Shown here in pieces: positions 12,341-26,300 of a stretch of DNA of 64,000 nt. Source of the stretch: Macrostomum lignano. Its lineage: Eukaryota. The notes under the pieces are model-generated. The model had not been told where the DNA came from and did no database searches. It saw only the letters and a program-made list of their open reading frames with translations. Positions within the stretch are counted from its first letter, which is position 1, and every line of letters begins with the position of its first letter. The translations under genes were made by a program, and so were the position numbers. The stretch is from assembly GCA_002269645.1 (NCBI GenBank), contig NIVC01000257.1, positions 62,001-126,000 on the forward strand. Direction: 5' to 3'.

Positions 12341-13394
12341 CATTTCCAACTTGACCCGATGACCCAAAGCTGACCTGCTGGCAAGCCCCGCCCACTTCCG
12401 TTCTGAAGCTGTGTGGAGATCACCAGGGAAAAAAAATCAACTCCCAAATGGCCACCCAAGTCGAGCGTGAAAAAAACCGCCTCATCTCCCCAAAGCTCCT
12501 AAAAAAGCCTCTAAAGGAAGTCGCAGTTATGTTTCGCTAAAGCAGATTTTTTCAACTTACCAAAAAAATTTTCTGCTTGTGCTTTTGGAGTTTTTAACCA
12601 ACAGGAAACTGACTCAGCCAGTGGCCAGCCGGATAAATGATGTAATTCTGCTCCAACATCATTTTATCCCATTGTATTCTGAGGGCTTTTTCACACCCCA
12701 CTAGAGAGAGAGAGAGAGAATTGAAAAGGAACAAAAAGTTTTAGCACGCAACTTGCAAATTGCGGGTAGGCGGACCTCAGCTAACTTCATTTCTTAGAAT
12801 ATTTCCCGTCTCGGTAGTGTATTTTATTTTTTACGTTAACACAGCCTCCAATACTGTTTCTCTTAGAAACAAATTGTCGCATCCGTTTCACAGGACCTCT
12901 CCAGTTATTAGGCTTTGGCATTCAATGTAAAATTGGTAACTAAGCTTGTTGGTTTAGTTAAACTGCCGGAAAGCGTCCCTTTCCAGGTTCTTTTTATTTT
13001 AGTACTCCATGTCTCTGAACCTTTTCAGATAATAACTACAAGTAGTTTATCTCCATCCCGGATTGGTGCACAGCAGAGACCTCTGCTGCCATTGGCTGGG
13101 CCATCCTGCCTTCTTCCACTTTCCTGTAAGCTAAAATGGCTCGAGGAGTTGTGTGTGCGCGCCTTCACAAGCCATCAAGTGATTCCAGTTTAAGCAGCCA
13201 AATAGACATATTTGTAGATTGCTTCTCAATGCACTCTTTGACATTCGGGCTTCGGAGTTTGCGATAATAATTTCATTATTATTCTGAAATCGTTTCAACT
13301 TTGTGATACCACCTTGTCTGACTGAAGGGTCTGCGGTCATTTGAACCTGGTGAGTTCTGGTTGTTTAAACCTATCCTTGTCCTTATAAACAGTT

Positions 13395-14918
13395 TCTGGT
13401 CCATAGGGACAGGGTATCTGAATTATATGGATAGGGTTTCTGGTTTATAGGGACAGGGTTTCTGGTTTATAGGGACAGGGTTTCTGGTTTATATGGACAG
13501 GTTTTCTAGTTTATAGGGACAGGGTTTCTGGTTTATATAGACAGGGTTTCTGGTTTATATAGACAGGGTTTCTGGTTAATAGGGACAGGGTTTCTGGTTT
13601 ATATAGACAGGGTTTCTGGTTTATAGGGACAGGGCTTCTGGTTGATATGGACAGGGGTTCTGGTTTATAGGGACAGGGTTTCTGGTTTATATAGACAGGG
13701 TTTCTGGTTTATATAGACAGGGTTTCTGGTTTATATAGACAGGGTTTCTGGTTTATAGGGACAGGGCTTCTGGTTGATATGGACAGGGTTTCTGGTTTAT
13801 AGGGACAGGGTTTCTGGTTTATATAGACAGGGTTTCTGGTTTATATAGACAGGGTTTCTGGTTTATATAGACAGGGTTTCTGGTTTATATAGACAGGGTT
13901 TCTGGTTAATAGGGACAGGTCTCTGGTTTATATAGACAGGGTTTCTGGTTTATAGGGACAGGGCTTCTGGTTGATATGGACAGGGTTCTGGTTTATAGGG
14001 ACAGGGTTTCTGGTTTATATAGACAGGGTTTCTGGTTTATATAGACAGGGTTTCTGGTTTATATAGACAGGGTTTCTGGTTTATATAGACAGGGTTTCTG
14101 GTTAATAGGGACAGAGTTTCTGGTTTATATAGACAGGGTTTCTGGTTTATAGGGACAGGGCTTCTGGTTGATATGGACAGGGGTTCTGGTTTATAGGGAC
14201 AGGGTTTCTGGTTTATATAGACAGGGTTTCTGGTTTATATAGACAGGGTTTCTGGTTTATATAGACAGGGTTTCTGGTTTATATAGACAGGGTTTCTGGT
14301 TAATAGGGACAGGTCTCTGGTTTATATAGACAGGGTTTCTGGTTTATAGGGACAGGGCTTCTGGTTGATATGGACAGGGGTTCTGGTTTATAGGGACAGG
14401 GTTTCTGGTTTATATAGACAGGGTTTCTGGTTTATATAGACAGGGTTTCTGGTTTATATAGACAGGGTTTCTGGTTTATATAGACAGGGTTTCTGGTTTA
14501 TATAGACAGGGTTTCTGGTTTATATAGACAGGGTTTCTGGTTTATATAGACAGGGTTTCTGGTTTATATAGACAGGGTTTCTGGTTTATATAGACAGGGT
14601 TTCTGGTTAATAGGGACAGAGTTTCTGGTTTATATAGACAGGGTTTCTGGTTTATAGGGACAGGGCTTCTGGTTGATATGGACAGGGGTTCTGGTTTATA
14701 GGGACAGGGTTTCTGGTTTATATAGACAGGGTTTCTGGTTTATATAGACAGGGTTTCTGGTTAATAGGGACAGGGTTTCTGGTTTATATAGACAGGGTTT
14801 CTGGTTTATAGGGACAGGGCTTCTGGTTGATATGGACAGGGGTTCTGGTTTATAGGGACAGGGTTTCTGGTTTATATAGACAGGGTTTCTGGTTTATATA
14901 GACAGGGTTTCTGGTTTA
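13395..14918. repeat. 22-bp minisatellite (ACAGGGTTTCTGGTTTATATAG) with higher-order structure
   Basis: A variant marker recurs at 197-bp spacing. Confidence 0.97.
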
Positions 14919-15589
14919 TGCAATTTCATAATAATTTTTTTAAATGTTTCAACAATAATTCATATCGACTCCATCAGATTCAAAGCTGCAGATAGTGGGC
15001 AGAACAAAGTATCACAGAGCATTTGCCGACTTGCTTTGTAGAGTATGTGTCAGCGGCTTGAAGGAGAGCTTGACTTCTCTAACCCTTTGGGCTCCCCTTG
15101 TCTCCCGATCCCCCCTCTCTCTCATCTCCCATGTCGCGCGCGCAACACGAAGGTCAGGTTGTGTAGAAGCGGCGCCGCTCCCTCCCCCGGTCAGGTAAAA
15201 CTCAGGCCACCAGACGGACTGTCTCCACGCCCCAAGCCATCCATCACAGGGCGACAGACTGATAGTCGTCAGAGCGGTTTTAGCAACCGGCCAGCAGCAG
15301 CGGTAACCTGAAATCTGCTATTTACTATATAATATAGGCTTATAGTTAGTTTTTTATAAACTCCGAAGCTGCTAAACCTATAAGCCATATCCAACTGCCC
15401 ATCATAATCTTTATGGGGCTTACCTGTGTTGCTGCCCGGATGGTGCCGCGAACAAAGCGCTAAGGTAGCAGCTCGGTGTGTTGATGACCCCTAATTGATC
15501 ATTGTTTAAACTACGAGAACTCAACAGTTTATATGGGGGATATAGGGAGACCAGCTGATTAAATTTTCTATTCCTACAGGGGACTGGCA

Positions 15590-16165
15590 GAGAGAGTAGA
15601 TGTGAGAGGTAAAGGGAGGAGAGAGAGTAGAGGTGAGAAGTAAGGGGAGGAGAGAGAGTAGAGGTGAGAGGTAAAGGGAGGAGAGAGAGTAGAGGTGAGA
15701 GGTAAGGGGAGGAGAGAGAGTAGAGGTGAGAGATAAGGGGAGGAGCGAGAGTAGAGTTTAAAGATAAGGAGAGGAGAGAGAGTAGAGTTTAAAGATAAGG
15801 AGAGGAGAGAGAGTAGAGGTGAGAGGTAAGGAGAGGAGAGAGAGTAGAGGTGAGAGGTAAGGAGAGGAGAGAGAGTAGAGGTGAGAGGTAAGGAGAGGAG
15901 AGAGAGTAGAGGTGAGAGGTAAGGTGAAGAGCGAGAGTAGAGTTTAAAGATAAGGAGAGGAGAGAGAGTAGAGTTTAAAGATAAGGAGAGGAGAGAGAGT
16001 AGAGGTGAGAGGTAAGGAGAGGAGAGAGAGTAGAGGTGAGAGGTAAGGAGAGGAGAGAGAGTAGAGTTTAAAGATAAGGGGAGGAGAGAGAGTAGAGGTG
16101 AGAGGTAAGGGGAGGAGCGAGAGTAGAGTTTAAAGATAAGGAGAGGAGAGAGATAGATAGAGAAG
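15590..16165. repeat. Purine-rich ~29-bp minisatellite (GAGAGAGTAGAGGTGAGAGGTAAGGAGAG)
   Basis: Direct reading. Confidence 0.93.
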
Positions 16166-17169
16166 AGTTTAGAGAACCATTGGCAAAAGAAAAAGAAGGC
16201 AGTGGAAGATTAGGGAGATTCCTTGGGATTCCTACACACATTCAGTCTGATCGGCAGTAACAATTCTATTAAAATTTTGGCACCCCAAGAGAAAGGAAAA
16301 ATGGCATTAGAAAAGTTTTGTATTGTAAAATGCTATCTTAAACTGAGCTACAGATTTTAACAGAGTTTCCAAGATCTGTATCGTACGGTCCCCCAGGTGT
16401 ACATAGCTTTAACTTTCCCTTGTCTTTTCCCAGTCCCCTAATTGCCGAAATCCTATACTCATTAAGCGATGCACAAAATCTATGCGAGGAAATTCAATAC
16501 CAACAACTGAAAGATTCAAAGCACCAGTCAGCGATGGGGCTTGAGTTGCATCAACAGATTAGCGTAATTCAATCAACTTCAATACAGTCACTTTTTGTCT
16601 GTATAAAAAGCTTTTCAAATAGAATATTTTTTTTCATTCTTGCTTTCTATAGCTGTGGGGGGGGGCAGAAATGCTTATTACTTGAAGCAAAATTAGCTCA
16701 CAATGTAAAAGAAGACTTAATGTTGCAGTCGCACGTGCTCTGCTTTGAAGTTCGGGTGCGTTAAGGCGGCTCGACCCGTTTGTTTGTTTGCGTGTCAACT
16801 GAAATTCTTGCCTCGCAACTGACACCTGGGGAAGCAGTCAAAAGTGTAGACACAGGGGTATAAAATTCCCCAGATTTGACGCCCAGAGTGGGACAGAAAA
16901 TGACATGCGTGACTGGAGACGCTAATGGATATATACGACTTTGCTTGTTTGAAAGAAATTTGAAAAAATATTGAACTTGGAAAGGATTGTGGAACAAAAT
17001 TGAAAAGAATAGACGGATTGGATTTTTTTTTAAAAAATGAACTTAACACAGAAAAATATGAGCAGTCATAGGGAGTGGCTAGGAGGCCAGAAATAGCTCA
17101 TAATACAGAATTGAAATGAAATGTTAGAAGAGTAGAGAGAGTTCTATGGACCCACACTGCAGATAAGTC

Positions 17170-17246
17170 AAAGAGTAGAGAGTAGACAGATAAGGTGAGA
17201 GGTGGGGAAAGGAGAGAGGTGAGAGAGTAGAGGTGAGAGAGAGTAG

Positions 17247-17306
<60 letters not shown>

Positions 17307-17660
17307 GAGAGAGAGGTGAGATAGTAGAGGTGAGGGAGAGTAGAGGTGAGAGAGTGGAGTAGAGGTGAGAGAGAGGCGTAGAGGTGAGAGTCGAGGTGAG
17401 AGATTAGAGGTGAGAGAGTAGAGGTGAGAGTAAATGTGATAAAGAAAGAGAGAATAGAGGTGAGAGTAGAGGTGAGAGAAAGAGTGGAGGTGAGAGTAGA
17501 GGTGTACAAAAGAGAGTAGAGGTGAGAGGGTAGAGATGAGCGAGTAGAGGTGAGAGTAGAGGTGAGATTAGAGGTGAGAGAGGTTAGAAGTGAGAGAGTA
17601 GAGGCGAGAGAGAGTAGAAGTGAGAGAGTAGAGATGAAAGAGCGAGAGAGGCGGAGAGAA
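17170..17660. repeat. Degenerate purine-rich AGAGTAGAGGTGAG array with embedded (GA)n
   Basis: Shares its core with 15590-16165. Confidence 0.9.
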
Positions 17661-18235
17661 ACATTAAACAGACGGAGAAAGGCACAGAGTGTGAAATTAG
17701 CAGAGGTGATAAAGAAGGTCAAACTAGTCGATAGCTGCAGATCAAAGTTCGCAGCAAATGCAGCCAACGGTCTCCACAGGCAACCCTGAACCCAATGATG
17801 AAGCTGTCTACAGACCGCTGGTCTCTTATCACCCGGTTGGCATCTCCGGATGGCCGGGCGGCAGGCTTTCAAATCGGGCCTTGTTGACACTGCTGGGACC
17901 TGTTTACTGTGTGTACTGTGGGAGGCCACAGTTCCTCAGTCTTTGCACAGACACACATTTTTTCTCTATCTAACAAACAGAGCGGGGGGACCCACCGGAC
18001 GGCTGGCTGGACGGACCCTGATGGTCAAAAATTATTTTTACACTTGCCACCACGGGTGGTCGTAGTTGCGTAATTCATTACATTTATTACATTGGCATGC
18101 CGATAGCATCTGTGAGGTGATCAGCTTACAGCATCTTGATAGGAACAGACTGGAGCTTCCCAAGCTGAGGATCTGCTTTGGCGAGCACTTTGCTAATCCA
18201 GAAATTTCATAAACTTGAAATGAGTGAAGATTAAG

Positions 18236-18412
18236 ATTTGTGAATACTCTATAGTTTGTGAATACTCTATAGTTTGTGAATACTCTATAGTTTGTGAATA
18301 CTCTATAGTTTGTGAATACTCTATAGTTTGTGAATATTCTATAGTTTGTGAATACTCTATAGTTTGTGAATACTCTATAGTTTGTGAATACTCTATATTT
18401 TATGAATACTCT
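18236..18412. repeat. 18-bp minisatellite (TTTGTGAATACTCTATAG), ~10 units
   Basis: Direct reading. Confidence 0.96.
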
Positions 18413-21400
18413 TGAGATGAAGGTTAGGGCTGGAGCACACACAGGAACGCAATTCCCAATGCACTATCCCATATTATAAGCAGGGCCTGAGCGGACTTGG
18501 AGAAGTGTGAAACCCGAGTTTCGTGCGAGCCCCGATAGCCGAATGTCCCAGTTTCTGGCTCTCCATCACCCCCCCCCACCACGCCGCCTTCAATAAACTG
18601 GGACAACAAAGAGGCTAAAATTACTGGAAGCGAAAACTATGCTGCAGATTTTTGAAGAGGAAAACTGAGATTGGGGTGTGAGAGGGGGATTTCTCTTCCC
18701 GCAGAGGCCGTTTGCAGCAGACATCCCCCATGGCGCGACACCGGAAACCCCCCCCCCTCATTCCCAGCTTCGTGGGACAGTTCTGTCCCGAAAGTAGGCA
18801 ATGGCTGCAGAAAGTTCGCAAATCGCACCTGCCTCCAATATTGGTAAAAAATTTAACTCTGACAGTCCCCCCCTTCCCGGTTTGACCTCTGGGATGACCC
18901 CCAACCACTCTCCGAGTCCTTTGTTCTTGCCGACTTTGCCCGGCTCTGCTGTTTGCCCTTGTCAAATTTGTAGGCGAAAGCTGCTGGCTGACTCTCGGGG
19001 AAAACAAACAACTGCCAATTGGGGTGTGAATGAGCACAGACTAAGCTGATGGAGGGGGTGGGGTGGGGTGGCTCAAGAGTTGCTGCTTTGCCAAAGAGAT
19101 GAAGGATCCAGATTATCGCTCAGTAATAACCTGCATTCGATTATCGCCTGTGGACAAATATAAACCGCCCCATCAGCGCCCCGATTAAGTCTCAGCTGCC
19201 CTAAGGGACTCGGCTTAGCAGCCAATTGCAAAAAGAGGATTTCATCAGAGAAGGGGATTTCACCAACTGCTGGCTCCTTCGGCTGCTGAGCTCGGGGGCA
19301 AGCCGGTGCGGTACCCATTGCTGCATGAAATCTTATCCCCTTCACAATCCCTCAGATGATCTGGGATATTAATTCCCAGTTAAAGACAGGTAAAAATCCC
19401 CCTCATCACCCTTGATCACCGCCAGCGGTGCCCGAGCAAATCAAATGGGGAGCGGAGGAATATAAAATTTCGATCATTTAATCCGCCTTTGTCTTCTAGA
19501 AATTCTCGTTCGTTAACTTATCCAGCCCCTGCTTCTCTGTTCCCTCTCTGATCCCCATCCAGGTCTTTGTCCGAGCTGCGGACAGGGAGGGTGCAGTTTA
19601 GCGGAAACGGTCTCTCAGACAGAGGGAAAATTTCCCGAATCCTGCAGCAGCAGACCGAAATCTATTACAAAGCAAAGCCGACAAGAAACTGCACACGCGC
19701 CGTAGCAGTGATTGACTGGAGAGGTTGAGCGAGAGTTCGCGCTCATCCCGCATCCTTTTGGGGGGTTGGGTCTGATGGGGGAGGAGGGTGAGGCGGCGGT
19801 GAGTCTGACGCTAAAATCTTCCTCACGCTCAGTAATCAGAGATAGCGGTAGAGTGAGAAGGCAGACGAGAAGAGAAGGAAGACGGTGGTTACGTCACAAT
19901 CCCGCTGAGAAACCGTGAGGGATCGCCCTGGCCAGACAGCCATCCCCCTCGAGCCATTCGCTGAGCAGGATGTCTGAGGCTGGCGATATCGGGGCTCCGC
20001 CTCTGCATCTTCCTGTCTCCTTCACTCCCACGAAGTTCGGTAGTTTTCGACATGAATTCACCGCCCGGCCATCTTGTCCTGTTTGCTTCAACTCATTTTC
20101 CTGTCAGATTGAAGGAGCTGCAGGGCGGCGCAGGTTCCGGGGCTGCGGATTGGGGCATGATTGGGATCAAAAACTAACTGTGAGGGGATTTGAGGGCCGG
20201 ACCCGAGGGGATCTTCGTGAGGTTGGGATAATCATGCGAGCTGTGGGATGTGTGATGGGAAAATAGAGGCTGGAATAGACTCCGCCGCTTATCCGCCTGT
20301 CTAGCTCCATCTTCATCTGTCTCCCAGTCTGCTTCTTCTGGAAGAATTTCTGTTGTTGTCGCCTCTCTTCATCAAAGCTGATATCTCACTTCCTTGAGCT
20401 TCTTCTTGGGGGGAGGCCCCTCTGGGCAAGTTCGCGAAGGCTGTCGGGGGAGGTGATTGCAGCTGAGCGATCTGAGTCAGCTCGAAAATACATATGTATA
20501 TATAAGCCTTGTGTTTGCGCTCTCCGCCCTCAAAATCTGCTTTGAGAATGTTCGAACTGCTCAAACTCTGTTGTTCAACAGTGACGCAATCCTTTGTCGG
20601 ATAATTAATGCAGATATTTTGAGAGCTGCTGCGGCTGACATGTCTTCCGAGATTTAGGGGGGGGGATTTTGCTCGAAATTTTAATAACATTATTAATATC
20701 TGCTTCGCTATGGGGGGGAGTGCTAGCTGCCTAATTGAGGGCCTGCGAGAATTGTGAGAATGAGTGTATGAGGCTAAAATGGGGAGCGGGCTGGTTTGAG
20801 CAGGGTGCCGGTGCGGCAACTTCACAGCAGCCAATATCGCTGTGGGAATCGTGACACCCCCCCCTCTGTCTCTGGGGGCGTGAGAAAATCTCAATGGAGG
20901 GAACTCAGCATCCACATCCTTGCCCCGTGGACAAACAAAACAAGAGCTCCGGGATCGGAGAGGGAGAACAGCAGAAGGTTTTCGTGCCGATGCATAATAA
21001 TAATAACAACACAATAACAGCGCGCAGACTCTCGCTTGACGCCACATCAGCTCAGCCTCCCTACCTGCCCTGTCTATCTGCCTGCGTCACCGCCATCGCT
21101 GAGTATGTTGGGGTTTATTTTGAGCAAAGCAAATTTCTTTAGAAAGGAAATTCCTAAAGACAGAAGTTGCAACATGCAGCCAAGCAACAGAAACCTAATG
21201 ACGTGGTTTTGTCTTCAGTCAGTTGCGATACCCTGCCATTCAGATTCTGTCAGAGCCTGAAGAGTTCCGGCCATTAGCACATCTCTATATCTGCTCCTCA
21301 TTGTCTTGAGACATTAGACTCACCTGGCAACAATATTTTCAAGACAATCCGCGTCAGACGGCAGCACAGATTTGTAGCAGCGGTTCTGTGCGGCCATTTG

Positions 21401-21616
21401 TTAGACGAGGCGTGCTAATTATCCTTACCGACACCCACCGCACAGACTGAGCCTCTCTCTGTGAAGTGCCTTGCGGGCAGAACTGCTCTCTAGCAATATG
21501 CATTAGTCTATTCAAGACCCAAGTCTCACCATAAGCAAAGGACAAGTTCGAAATTCTACTCTCTAATGGTCAGGTCCAGTTTCTGGACAGATGGCGCCCT
21601 GAACAAGGATTTCCCT

Positions 21617-21669
<53 letters not shown>

Positions 21670-21759
21670 ACTTTTTTGCCCCACATGCGCACCGCTATTT
21701 GTGGCTTTATAGTTTTTCCGTAGTTAAGCAGTAAAAGACATGGCTGTATACGAGCATAG

Positions 21760-21836
<77 letters not shown>
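21617..21836. repeat. Two (CT)n microsatellites (21617-21667, 21762-21836)
   Basis: Direct reading. Confidence 0.97.
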
Positions 21837-21840
<4 letters not shown>

Positions 21841-22552
21841 GTCTCATCTCTGAATCTCTCTCACTTAGGGCAATAATTAATATTGATCGCAAAAATTTCT
21901 ACATCAGTGTCTGACACTACTGTTTTTTTACTGTTTCTCTCCCAATAAAAGTGTCGCTATTATAAACGAAGAATTAATATGCAGAAATCAGAAAGAAAAA
22001 AGCCATGCAGCCCAACACAAACTAGCGTGCTTGCAATTAGAGTTTGACTGGGAGGAGATTGGCAGATTACAATCTGGGAGATTCGTCATATAACTCGACA
22101 ATCTGTCATCTCTTTCTAAGAAATTGTTTTTGGGTGGGAAAATTGCGAAATGAGAGAAGGAGAAATTTACACCAGAAGGGATCCATGTCTGTGCTCAATG
22201 CCGCTCGATCAATCATTTATTTATTTATTCGGTTTGTCGAGACCAGGCGAGGGAGAGAGAGATCAACACTTTCCTCCGTCTTGGAGTTTGGGGAAGGGGG
22301 AGGTCGGTTGCTGGTTCGAGTTTTTGCTGGCGGCTGCTGCTGATGGAGAAGACTTGGATGCTGTCCCAGTCTGTCTTTCACGTTTTCGGTTCCTGGAAAT
22401 TTCTTAGTAAGCGGGTCGATTGATCCGGGTTGGGAGGGGGGCGCTTCGAGTTCCTGTCGTCTCTCGCACACACATTCGGGTCATCCCGGCTGCACTGGCC
22501 TGAGAAACAGAGCGCACTTTGCTGTGAGCAATCTGGCATGGCCTGCTGATAG

Positions 22553-22778
22553 GGAGGCTAATCGGGTGGCTAATCGGGTGGCTAATCGGATGGCTAATCG
22601 AATGGCTAATCGGTGGCTAATCGGATGGCTAATCAGATGGCTAATCGGGTGGCTAATCGGATGGCTAATCGGATGGCTAATCGGATGGCTAATCGGGTGG
22701 CTAATCGGATGGCTAATCAGATGGCTAATCGGGTGGCTAATCGGATGGCTAATCGGGTGCCTAATCGGATGGCTAATC
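22553..22778. repeat. 12-bp minisatellite (TGGCTAATCGGA/G), ~19 units
   Basis: Direct reading. Confidence 0.96.
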
Positions 22779-23275
22779 CTATATACTAAAAATGAAAATC
22801 TTGCTTGCTTGCTTGCTTGTAATCGATTAGAGAAAAAATGGCTTAACCGATTTTCATGAGACTTGCATTGTTCGATAAGAAATTTTCCCGTGACGGTACA
22901 TGCATCATGGCTAAGAAATTGCTCCATGTTAAAGCGATTAAATATTCGAAAAACATGCTTTTTTGCAAAGGTCAAGCAAACTTTTCGACTTGAAATGCAT
23001 TGTAAGAATGCTAGAGAAAAAAACTGACTGGTTGAATTCTGATTCTGAAATAGATTGCATCATAACTGAATTGTAACTCCAACTTGAATTGAAAATGCAG
23101 TGTGGAAGCGTAGCACCAGACTTGATTTAAATTGCGTAACCATATTGTTAACTGATACTGACTGACTGAGAAACTGATTATGTCATTACTGCCTCGTGTG
23201 ATTTACTCTATGCTTGGATTTTAAAGTGTTGAATTATATAAGTGCAAAATTTGATGTTATCAAAACGATGAGAGC

Positions 23276-23330
23276 TAGCCTAGAGGTGAACAAACTGAAC
23301 TGCCAAATGCAGCGACGATGGTTCGAATTT
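23276..23330 (+). mobile_element. Possible decayed tRNA-derived (SINE-like) head
   Basis: A-box-like TAGCCTAGAGG (23276-23286) and B-box-like GGTTCGAATTT (23320-23330), 33 nt apart. No intact cloverleaf. Confidence 0.3.
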
Positions 23331-23395
23331 TCATAGAGTATAATTTTTTTAATTAAAGCTTTTCAACTTCAGGAAAACTAAAAGACTTTTTAAAA

Positions 23396-26300
23396 AGAAG
23401 CGTCATGTAAAAAATCATAGAAGTGTCATGTAAACAATCATAGAAGCGCCATGTAAAAAATCGTAAAAGCGTTATATAAAAATCATAGAAGCGTAATGTA
23501 AAAAATCATAGAAGCGTCATGTAAACAATCATAGAAGCGTCATGTAAAAAATCATAGAAGCGTCATGAAAAAATCATAGAAGCGTCATGTAAAAAATCAT
23601 AGAAGCGTCATGAAAAAATCATAGAAGCGTCATGCAAACAATCATAGAAGCGTCATGTAAACAATCATAGAAGCGTCATGCAAACAATCATAGAAGCGTC
23701 ATGTAAAAATCATAGAAGCGTCATGAAAAAATCATAGAAGCGTCATGTAAACAATCATAGAAGCGTCATGCAAACAATCATAGAAGCGTCATGTAAAAGT
23801 CAAAAAAGCGTCATAAAAAATCATAGAAGCGTCATGAAAAAATCATGGAAGCGTCATGAAAAAATAATAAAAGCGTCATGTAATAATCATAGAAGCGTCA
23901 TGCAAAAATCATAGAAGCGTCATGTAAAAATCATAGAACCGTCATGTAAACAATCATAGTAGCGTCATTAAAAATCATAGAAGCGTCATGCAAACAATCA
24001 TAGTAGCGTCATGTAAAAATCATAGAAGCGTCATGCAGACAATCATAGTAGCGTCATTTAAAAAATCATAGAAGCGTCATGTAAAAGTCAAAATAGCGTC
24101 ATAAAAAATCATAGAAGCGTCATAAAAAATCATCGAAGTGACATGAAAAAGTCATAGAAGCGTAATGTAAAAAATCATAGAAGCGTCATGAAAAAATCAT
24201 AGAAGTGACATGAAAAAACCATTAATGCGTCATGTAAAAAATCATGGAAGCGTCATGCAAAAATCATAGAAGCGTCATGAAAAAATCATAGAAGCGTCAT
24301 GTAAAAATCATAGAAGCATCATGTAAAAATCATAGAAGCGTCATGTAAAAAATCATAGAAGCGTCATGTAAACAATCATAGAAGCGTCATGTAAACAATA
24401 ATAGAAGCGTCATGAAAAAATCATAGAAGCGTCATGTAAAAAAAGCATAAAAGCGTCATGTAAAAAATCATAGAAGCGTCATGTAAACAATCATAGAAGC
24501 GTCATAAAAAACCATAGAAGCGTCATGTAAAAAATCATAGAAGCGTCATGTAAAAATCATAGAAGCGTCATGCAAAATTCATAGAAGCGTCATGAAAAAA
24601 TCATAGAAGCGTCATGTAAAAATCATAGAAGCGTCATGTAAAAATCATAGAAGCGTCATGTAAAAAATCATAGAAGCGTCATGTAAACAATCATAGAAGC
24701 GTCATGAAAAAATCATAGAAGCGTCATGTAAAAAAAGCATAAAAGCGTCATGTAAAAAATCATAGAAGCGTCATGTAAACAATCATAGAAGCGTCATAAA
24801 AAACCATAGAAGCGTCATGTAAACAAGCATAGAAGCGTCATGTAAAAATCATAGAAGCGTCATGCAAAATTCATAGAAGCGTCATGAAAAAATCATAGAA
24901 GCGTCATGTAAAAATCATAGAAGCGTCATGTACAAATCATAGAAGCGTCATGTAAAAAATCATAGAAGCGTCATGTAAACAATCATAGAAGCGCCATGTA
25001 AACAATCATAGAAGCGTCATAAAAAAACCATAGAAGCGTCATGTAAACAAGCATAGAAGCGTCATGTAAAAATCATAGAAGCGTCATGTAAACAATCATA
25101 GAAGCGTCATGTAAACAATCATAGAAGCGTCATGTAAACAATCATAGAAGCGTCATGTAAAAATCATAGAAGCGTCATGTAAAAAAATCATAGAAGCGTC
25201 ATGTAAACAAGCATAGAAGCGTCATGTAAAAATCAAAGAAGCGTCATGTAAACAATCATAGAAGCGTCATGTAAACAATCATAGAAGCGTCATAAAAAAA
25301 CCATAGAAGCGTCATGTAAACAATCATAGAAGCGTCATAAAAAAACCATAGAAGCGTCATGTAAACAAGCATAGAAGCGTCATGTAAACAATCATAGAAG
25401 CGTCATGTAAACAATCATAGAAGCGTCATGTAAAAAATCATAGAAGCGTCATGTAAACAATCATAGAAGCGTCATGTAAAAATCATAGAAGCGTCATGTA
25501 AAAAATCATAGAAGAGTCATGTAAACAATCATAGAAGCGTCATGTAAACAATCATAGAAGCGTCATGTAAACAATCATAGAAGCGTCATAAAAAAACCAT
25601 AGAAGCGTCATGTAAACAAGCATAGAAGCGTCATGTAAAAATCATAGAAGCGTCATGTAAACAATCATAGAAGCGTCATGTAAACAATCATAGAAGAGTC
25701 ATGTAAACAATCATAGAAGCGTCATGTAAAAATCATAGAAGCGTCATGTAAAAAAATCATAGAAGCGTCATGTAAACAAGCATAGAAGCGTCATGTAAAA
25801 ATCAAAGAAGCGTCATGTAAACAATCATAGAAGCGTCATGTAAACAATCATAGAAGCGTCATAAAAAAACCATAGAAGCGTCATGTAAACAATCATAGAA
25901 GCGTCATAAAAAAACCATGGAAGCGTCATGTAAACAAGCATAGAAGCGTCATGTAAACAATCATAGAAGCGTCATGTAAACAATCATAGAAGCGTCATGT
26001 AAAAAATCATAGAAGCGTCATGTAAACAATCATAGAAGCGTCATGTAAACAAGCATAGAAGCGTCATGTAAAAAATCATAGAAGCGTCATGTAAACAATC
26101 ATAGAAGCGTCATGTAAACAATCATAGAAGCGTCATGTAAACAATCATAGAAGAGTCATGTAAACAATCATAGAAGCGTCATGTAAACAATCATAGAAGC
26201 GTCATGTAAACAAGCATAGAAGCGTCATGTAAACAAGCATAGAAGCGTCATGTAAAAAATCATAAAAGCGTCATGTAAAAAATCATAAAAGCGTCATTTA

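Noticed and set aside
7459-12459. His/Pro-rich, VLLGR and QCQFSASS repeat ORFs
   Set aside because: Multi-frame, both-strand ORFs confined to minisatellites.
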